Positions 58,514 to 64,000 of a DNA stretch of 64,000 nucleotides are shown piece by piece (the stretch's first letter is position 1; every line of letters begins with the position of its first letter). The notes beneath the pieces were generated by a model that was given only the letters and a program-made list of their open reading frames with translations, ran no database searches and was not told the origin of the DNA. The translations under genes and the position numbers were made by a program. Source of the DNA: Paludibacteraceae bacterium (GTDB taxonomy: Bacteria > Bacteroidota > Bacteroidia > Bacteroidales > Paludibacteraceae); the NCBI GenBank assembly GCA_905233255.1, contig CAJOCN010000004.1, forward strand, positions 12,868-76,867, in the 5' to 3' direction.

Positions 58514-59970
58514 CAGTTCTGCTTCTTTCTGAGATAGATATAGAAGGTAGTGCCTTTGGGCGAAGTGTCGAAGTCAATGCGGCCGCCGGAGCCCTCTACG
58601 ATGTGTTTGGAGATCGCGAGACCAAGGCCGTTTCCGTTGGACTTGGTGGTGAAATTCGGGCGGAAGATACGGGGCTGGATATTCTCGGGAATACCGGTGC
58701 CGTCGTCCGAAATGGATATCTGTATCTCTTTGTCCGAGAAGGAGGGGTTGAGCATGACGATGATGTCCGTGGGCGAGGCTTGCAGGGCGTTGCGGATGAT
58801 GTTGACGAAAACCTGACTGATTTGTTCCTTGTCCGCAAGTACCCCCACTCCGCTGTCCGGACCGATATACCGGATGGGAATCTGCTCGTCGTTCTCGCGC
58901 TGAAGGGTAATGACATTCGACAGTTTCTCGGCGATGTCCACCTCCGTGGTGACTACCTCCGGCTGTTTGGCGAAGGTAGAGAAAGACTGCGCGATGTGCG
59001 CGAGGTTGTCGATCTCGTCTATCAGCATTTTCGTAGTGCGGTTGAAGTACTCGTCAAACTGGTCTGTGCCGTGCTTGAGTTGGAGCTTCTGTACCGACAG
59101 TTTCATGGGCGTCAAGGGGTTGTTGATCTCATGTGCAATCTGGCGTGCCATGGTTCGCCACGCGCCTTCGCGTTCCGCCCGTGCCAGTTGCTCCGCACTC
59201 TCTTCCACCTGATCCACCAAGAGGTTGTACCTCTCCACCAATGCACCCAACTCATCGTGGTACGGGTAGTCGATATGATTATCCCGTCCGCCGATCTCAA
59301 ACCGCCGCATCTTATCCGTCAGGACCTTCAGCGGCGAAGTGATGGAACGGGTAGCGAGGTATGAGAAAATGAGCGAGAGCACCAATGCAATCAGGTACAC
59401 GGGGATCAGGAGCGAGAGCAACTCCCGCAGCTGGGCGTTCCGGGTCTGCTCGCTCAGGAAATAAGGGACGGCAATATAGCCGATTGTCACGAATGCTCCG
59501 TTATGGAACGGCAGGTAAGCTATCAAGTACGGTTGTTCATTAATCTGCTCGTAACAAAGGGCTATATGGTCGTCCGAAAAGAAGGGTTTGTCGATACTCA
59601 GGCTCCGCGAGAGGGCTCCGCCGTCGAAGAGCTGGGGCGAGGAAGAGGCGAGCAGTTCGCCGTTGAGCGAATAGACGTGCAAGTCCTGCTGCATGTCGAT
59701 ACTCAGGTCCCGAAGGTCGATAGACAGTCCCTCCGCCTGGTTCGGAGCAAGCGCGACATCCCAGTAATAAAGGGACCTCAGATAAGACTGAATGTACTCC
59801 GCGCGGGTGATCAGTTCGTGCCGCTGCTGCTGCGCCACGCTCCAATAGACATAGCGGATGGACATCCCCAACATAAACAGGAAGATGATCGTCACGCACG
59901 CAAAAACGACGTACATGATACGCGTAGAGATGGGTCTGTTACGCAGCGATATTTTGAATTTCTCCGCCAT
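58513..59970 (-). CDS. Sensor histidine kinase (HAMP, HisKA, HATPase_c)
   Basis: AWR.MARQIAHEINNPLTPM, N..RNA.QA, DDGTGI, FTTK..G.GLGL. Confidence 0.93.
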   Translation of the reverse strand: MAEKFKISLRNRPISTRIMYVVFACVTIIFLFMLGMSIRYVYWSVAQQQRHELITRAEYIQSYLRSLYYWDVALAPNQAEGLSIDLRDLSIDMQQDLHVYSLNGELLASSSPQLFDGGALSRSLSIDKPFFSDDHIALCYEQINEQPYLIAYLPFHNGAFVTIGYIAVPYFLSEQTRNAQLRELLSLLIPVYLIALVLSLIFSYLATRSITSPLKVLTDKMRRFEIGGRDNHIDYPYHDELGALVERYNLLVDQVEESAEQLARAEREGAWRTMARQIAHEINNPLTPMKLSVQKLQLKHGTDQFDEYFNRTTKMLIDEIDNLAHIAQSFSTFAKQPEVVTTEVDIAEKLSNVITLQRENDEQIPIRYIGPDSGVGVLADKEQISQVFVNIIRNALQASPTDIIVMLNPSFSDKEIQISISDDGTGIPENIQPRIFRPNFTTKSNGNGLGLAISKHIVEGSGGRIDFDTSPKGTTFYIYLRKKQN

Positions 59971-59987
59971 AATTATATTTTAGCACG

Positions 59988-60035
59988 CAAAGGTACTAAA
60001 AAATTTGCATATGTGCAAAAAAAAGTGTACCTTTG
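59988..60035. promoter_or_regulatory. Overlapping divergent sigma-A promoters (histidine kinase / permease)
   Basis: CAAAGGTA 59988, TTTGCATATGTGCAAA 60004-60019, TACCTTTG 60028; 20-nt spacers. Confidence 0.75.
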
Positions 60036-60062
60036 CACGCTTTTTCGTAAAAAACAGGTACA

Positions 60063-60794
60063 ATGATACAACTTTTCACGGCATTGCTATTGGGATTGCT
60101 GACTATTTTAGACCCTTGCACACTGATGACGAGCATCACCGCCATCAGTTATATCGACAAGGAAATCAATAACAAACGAATGGTTCTGACGAACGGTCTT
60201 ATGTTCGTTCTGGGCAAACTGGCGACGTATATTCTGCTCAGTATTCCATTCCTTGCCGGCGCGCAGACAGAAGGAATCCAGCACGTGCTTTCGCATTGGG
60301 GCGAACCGATTCTGGCGGGTTTCATGCTCATCTGCGGCTTGGTGCTCCTTTTCAGCGGTCATCACCACCACGAGCACGACCACGGCATCAGCAAATGGCT
60401 CAAAGACACGGACAGCAAAGAGAGTTGGCTCTGGTCGTTCATACTCGGTATTTTCTTTGCAATCGCTTTCTGTCCTCACCGTCTGGTCTATTTCCTGACG
60501 ATGATCGATATCACCCTCACGCTACCAGGTTCCTGGAACTGGCTCATGCCCGTTGTTTTCGGCCTCGGAACGGGTCTGCCTATCATGCTGATTGCGTGGC
60601 TGGTAAGCTACAGCGCGGTGAGTATCGGCAAGCTGACCAGCAAGATGCAGAGTTTCGAGAAATGGTTTAGGCACATCTGCGCAGTACTGTTTATCGTCTT
60701 GGGATGCTATCTGGCAGTTCATTGCGTCATTGAGTACCACGAACACGAGCACAATGGTAGTTGCCACCATTGTGAATTGAGATTTGATATTTGA
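60063..60794 (+). CDS. ArsG/DsbD_2-like membrane permease with His-rich loops
   Basis: LGLLT...PC.L...ITAISYI, LG.FFA.AFCP, GTGLP; HHHEHDH loop and His/Cys tail. Confidence 0.7.
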   Translation: MIQLFTALLLGLLTILDPCTLMTSITAISYIDKEINNKRMVLTNGLMFVLGKLATYILLSIPFLAGAQTEGIQHVLSHWGEPILAGFMLICGLVLLFSGHHHHEHDHGISKWLKDTDSKESWLWSFILGIFFAIAFCPHRLVYFLTMIDITLTLPGSWNWLMPVVFGLGTGLPIMLIAWLVSYSAVSIGKLTSKMQSFEKWFRHICAVLFIVLGCYLAVHCVIEYHEHEHNGSCHHCELRFDI

Positions 60795-60807
60795 GATTTG
60801 AGATTGG

Positions 60808-61554
60808 ATGGCTTCGGAGGGTTTTCAGTTCAAGCAGTTCTTTGTGGCACATGACCGCTGTGCGATGAAAGTCGGCACGGACGGCGTGTTGTTAGGCGCG
60901 TGGGCTCCGATAGATTTCAATATTTCTTCATTTACAAATTTTCGCATTCTCGATGCCGGAACGGGCAGCGGGTTGATTGCTATGATGCTTGCGCAGCGAT
61001 TCCAACAGGCGCAGATAGATGCCATAGATATCGATGAAGCAGCAGTGGACCAAGCCGCAGACAATTTCCGCTCTTCCCCTTGGTCAGAACGATTACATGC
61101 CTATTGCGCCAAATTGCAGGAATGGCAGGGGTGCTACAACCTCGTTGTATCTAACCCGCCCTATTTCCAAAACAGCCTCAAGAACCCCGACAAAGCGCGT
61201 GAGTTAGCGCGGCACACCGACACACTCAGTTACACGGAGCTGCTCCGTCACAGCGCACAGTTGTTGCGTGAGGAAGGGCGGCTGAGCCTTATTCTGCCCG
61301 CCGAGACGGAAGAGGAAGTATGCACTCTGGCGGCAAAAGAGGGATTTGTCCTCACGCGCGTCACGCGCGTTTATAGTAAGGAGTCCAAACCGGCGCGGAG
61401 GATTTTATTAGCCTTCGAGAAATCGACATCTCGACATGACGGCATAACGACATCTCGACATCTCGTCCCCATCGAAGACACACTCGTTTTAGAGGATGAC
61501 AAAAGCGGGCGTTCCGCCGCCTACCGGGAAATAACAAAGGACTTCTACCTATAG
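60808..61554 (+). CDS. tRNA1(Val) adenine(37)-N6-methyltransferase (YfiC/TrmM-like)
   Basis: FQFKQF...HD.CAMKVGTDGVLLGAW, LD.GTGSG, SNPPYF, ARH. Confidence 0.92.
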   Translation: MASEGFQFKQFFVAHDRCAMKVGTDGVLLGAWAPIDFNISSFTNFRILDAGTGSGLIAMMLAQRFQQAQIDAIDIDEAAVDQAADNFRSSPWSERLHAYCAKLQEWQGCYNLVVSNPPYFQNSLKNPDKARELARHTDTLSYTELLRHSAQLLREEGRLSLILPAETEEEVCTLAAKEGFVLTRVTRVYSKESKPARRILLAFEKSTSRHDGITTSRHLVPIEDTLVLEDDKSGRSAAYREITKDFYL

Positions 61555-61569
61555 GCGGAAGTCCTTTGT
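61534..61569. terminator. Hairpin between convergent methyltransferase and rny genes
   Basis: ACAAAGGACTTC / GAAGTCCTTTGT perfect 12-bp stem. Confidence 0.6.
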
Positions 61570-61592
61570 ATATATCAGCCATGCATGGCTGA

Positions 61593-63116
61593 TTACTTGG
61601 CGACATTGACGGCGCGCACCTCGCGGATGACGGTCACTTTGACCTGCCCCGGATAGGTCATCTCATCCTGGATACGTTTCGCCAGATCGAAGGAGAGGAG
61701 CTCGGTATCCTTATCGGAGATCTTGTCGGCGCCAACGATCACGCGGAGCTCACGGCCCGCCTGCAGCGCGTAGGTCTTCACTACGCCCGGGAAGGACATA
61801 GCCAGATTCTCGAGGTCCTTGAGCCTCTTGACATAGCTCTCCACAATCTCACGGCGGGCACCCGGACGGGCACCGGAGATTGCATCACAAGCCTGTACAA
61901 TCGGCGCAATGAGGGTCGTCATCTCGCACTCGTCGTGGTGTGCCCCCACGGCGTTGCAGATATCGGGTTTCTCGCCGTATTTTTCACACAGTTTCATACC
62001 TAACTCTGCGTGCGGCAGCTCAACATCATCGTCCGCCACCTTACCTATATCGTGCAGCAGTCCGGCACGCTTGGCAGCCTTCACATTGAGGCCCAACTCG
62101 CCCGCCATCGCGGCACAGAGGTTAGCGGTTTCACGGCTGTGCTGGAGCAGGTTCTGACCGTACGACGAACGGTATTTCATCTTACCTACCAGACGCACCA
62201 GCTCGGGGTGCAGACCATGGATGCCCAGGTCGATAGTAGTACGTTTTCCGGTCTCGACGATCTCGTCCTCGACCTGTTTGGTCACCTTGGCAACGACCTC
62301 TTCGATACGCGCGGGGTGGATACGTCCGTCCTGTACCAACTGGTGCAACGCCAGACGCGCTATCTCGCGGCGTACGGGATCGAACGCAGAGAGGGTGATT
62401 GCCTCCGGGGTGTCGTCCACAACGATCTCCACACCGGTAGCCGCCTCGAGCGCGCGGATGTTACGTCCCTCGCGACCGATGATACGACCCTTGACCTCGT
62501 CATTCTCAATATGGAAAACAGAAACGGTGCTCTCTGCCGCAGTCTCGGAAGCCACACGCTGAATGGTCTGGATAATAATCTTCTTGGCCTCTTTGTTCGC
62601 CTCCAGACGCGCGTTGTCCATGATCTCGTTGATATAGGACATAGCGGCTGTCTTGGCCTCGTCACGGAGTGCCTCCACCAGCTGTTTCTTAGCCTCCTCG
62701 GCGGACATTCCGCTCAGTTGCTCGAGTTGTTTCTCCGCCTCGTGGTGCATTTTCTCCACTTCCTGCTGCTTGTAGTCCAGCGCCTGCTGCCGTTGCTCTA
62801 TAGCCTGGGATTTCTGGTTCACTTCGTTGAGGGCACGCTGTACATCTCCCTGACGCTGGTTGAGCTGCTGCTCGCGCTGCTGCAAGCGCTGCTCCTGCTG
62901 CTGTATGCGTTTGTCCTGCTCGCGCACGGCATTGTCGTGCTCCAGCTTGAGGGCGATGAATTTCTCTTTAGCCTCAACAATCTTGTTCTTCTTCACCACT
63001 TCCGCCTCTTCGGTTGCTTTTTTGAGTATGTTGGCAGCCGCAATCCGGGAAATGAGGTAGTAGATTCCTGCTCCAAGCAGAAGGCCTACTACTGCACAAA
63101 TAATTGCTACGATCAT
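61593..63116 (-). CDS. rny: Ribonuclease Y
   Basis: N-terminal TM, coiled coil, [17 protein letters not shown] motif [19 protein letters not shown]. Confidence 0.96.
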   Translation of the reverse strand: MIVAIICAVVGLLLGAGIYYLISRIAAANILKKATEEAEVVKKNKIVEAKEKFIALKLEHDNAVREQDKRIQQQEQRLQQREQQLNQRQGDVQRALNEVNQKSQAIEQRQQALDYKQQEVEKMHHEAEKQLEQLSGMSAEEAKKQLVEALRDEAKTAAMSYINEIMDNARLEANKEAKKIIIQTIQRVASETAAESTVSVFHIENDEVKGRIIGREGRNIRALEAATGVEIVVDDTPEAITLSAFDPVRREIARLALHQLVQDGRIHPARIEEVVAKVTKQVEDEIVETGKRTTIDLGIHGLHPELVRLVGKMKYRSSYGQNLLQHSRETANLCAAMAGELGLNVKAAKRAGLLHDIGKVADDDVELPHAELGMKLCEKYGEKPDICNAVGAHHDECEMTTLIAPIVQACDAISGARPGARREIVESYVKRLKDLENLAMSFPGVVKTYALQAGRELRVIVGADKISDKDTELLSFDLAKRIQDEMTYPGQVKVTVIREVRAVNVAK

Positions 63117-63403
63117 TGATTAATGGTTTTTTCGATTTGTTTATTAATTTCTGTGAGTGTCTTTTCTATGGGTTCCAAGCTCTTCTCTCTTGCATCGGAT
63201 TGCAGCGCCACTGCAACCTCCAGCGCCGTGTACATCCACAACTGCTCTGCAGAAGCGTTCGGACGGAGTTTGAGATAGTACCGGAACCTCCTGTTCAACA
63301 GATCCGCCGCGTAGCGATAGTTGGGTTCCTGCTCACGCGGTACATCCAGCCCCACCGAATGGGCGTCCAACTGGAGGTTGATATGTTGTTTGTCGGAAAT
63401 CAT
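63113..63403 (-). CDS. zapA: Cell division protein ZapA
   Basis: I.L......L.V.R.QE..YR.AA..LN; synteny upstream of rny. Confidence 0.8.
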   Translation of the reverse strand: MISDKQHINLQLDAHSVGLDVPREQEPNYRYAADLLNRRFRYYLKLRPNASAEQLWMYTALEVAVALQSDAREKSLEPIEKTLTEINKQIEKTINQ

Positions 63404-63675
63404 TTCTTCAGTGCCGCAATCGCTCTGTCCACTTGTGCAATCAGTGCATTAATGCGTTTCATCGCCTCTTCACTCCCCTCTGCATTAGTAAGCGCATTCG
63501 CCATAGCAATACGCTTATTCTTCTGCTGCAACTCCGCTAACTCGCTATGCGTGCGGACCAACTCAGCGCGCTGGTGCTCTATCTCCTCGCGCAGACGCTC
63601 ATTCTCCTCCCGCAACGCCGTGTAGCGTTCCAGGAGAAGATGCACATTTTGCGAAAGGTCGTCCAGCGCCTGCAT
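63400..63675 (-). CDS. Coiled-coil protein (ZapB-like)
   Basis: Coiled coil, KRIN.LI.QVDRAIA.L; usual neighbour of zapA. Confidence 0.75.
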   Translation of the reverse strand: MQALDDLSQNVHLLLERYTALREENERLREEIEHQRAELVRTHSELAELQQKNKRIAMANALTNAEGSEEAMKRINALIAQVDRAIAALKK

Positions 63676-63677
63676 AC

Positions 63678-64000
63678 TTAGAAGCTGTATCCTACGCCGA
63701 GACCGATAACGCCCTTGAACTGAACGCGTTCAGCCTCTACGCCATTGCGGTCTGCTATCAGCGTTCCGTTGTAGTATTTCAAACTGGTCTGGAGAGTAAC
63801 CTGCAGACATTTCAGGAACTGATAACTCAGCGCCACATCCCAATCTACATCGAAGTGACCGAAATAACGGTTGTTGTTCGAATACATGAAATAGCCGGTA
63901 TATGTCTCACCCGGGTGGCTAGCCTCAAATTTCTCTTGTACATTGAAACCTTTTCCCTGATACGGAGAGAAGAGACCGAGCGTGGTGCTCAACTTGAAAT
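63678..64000 (-). CDS. Outer-membrane protein C-terminus (DUF3078-like), 5'-partial
   Basis: DVDWDV, VQFK..IGLG.GYSF* beta-barrel end; ORF runs off the window. Confidence 0.7.
   Translation of the reverse strand, partial: FKLSTTLGLFSPYQGKGFNVQEKFEASHPGETYTGYFMYSNNNRYFGHFDVDWDVALSYQFLKCLQVTLQTSLKYYNGTLIADRNGVEAERVQFKGVIGLGVGYSF

Noticed and set aside
61534..61569. AAAGGACTT/AAGTCCTTT shared with the 54.8-55.0 kb element
   Set aside because: 9-bp match partly dictated by TKDF codons; likely coincidental.
49148..63119. Long antisense ORFs opposite the M16 peptidase, kbl, gdhA, OM receptor and rny (276-369 aa)
   Set aside because: Same shadow-ORF artefact; all overlap well-supported genes entirely.
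1..64000. tRNA, rRNA, tmRNA, RNase P, known riboswitches
   Set aside because: No matching conserved signatures recognised by eye; a covariance-model search would be needed to exclude them.

Overview
Bacteroidales chromosomal window. Evidence for the lineage: Bacteroidetes-type promoters TTTG-N20-TAnnTTTG, no Shine-Dalgarno sites, and bamD-rpoZ-coaBC, nusB-yajC and zapA-rny synteny. A rumen/gut Paludibacteraceae-like organism is my inference. Most of the window is housekeeping: rarA, hemW, PBP1A, mtaB, addAB-like helicase/nuclease, apbE, rpoN, glycine-lipid acyltransferases, clpB, era, M16 peptidase, kbl-tdh, gdhA and rny. One AT-rich accessory island (~18.3-26.4 kb) holds the most interesting structure. 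(i) Small toxin-antitoxin-like units, each closed by an 82-bp near-identical structured repeat. (ii) A WYL regulator whose promoter shares a 41-bp palindrome-containing motif with a second internal promoter, suggesting a WYL regulon: DEDDh exonuclease, UDG-fold protein, HExxH metallopeptidase and phage-like proteins. (iii) Several gene remnants. (iv) A phage-initiator-like wHTH gene followed by four 21-bp-phased palindromic iteron-like repeats and an AT-rich tract. Across the window, more than 20 degenerate 7/8/9/11-bp tandem repeat tracts lie at gene junctions and in-frame inside conserved genes. Other oddities are a YggS-HAD fusion, a ClpB with no N-domain, and a promoter-driven structured RNA candidate at ~54.8-55.0 kb. 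No rRNA, tRNA, CRISPR array, integrase or transposase was seen. All family calls come from motif recognition by eye, not database searches.
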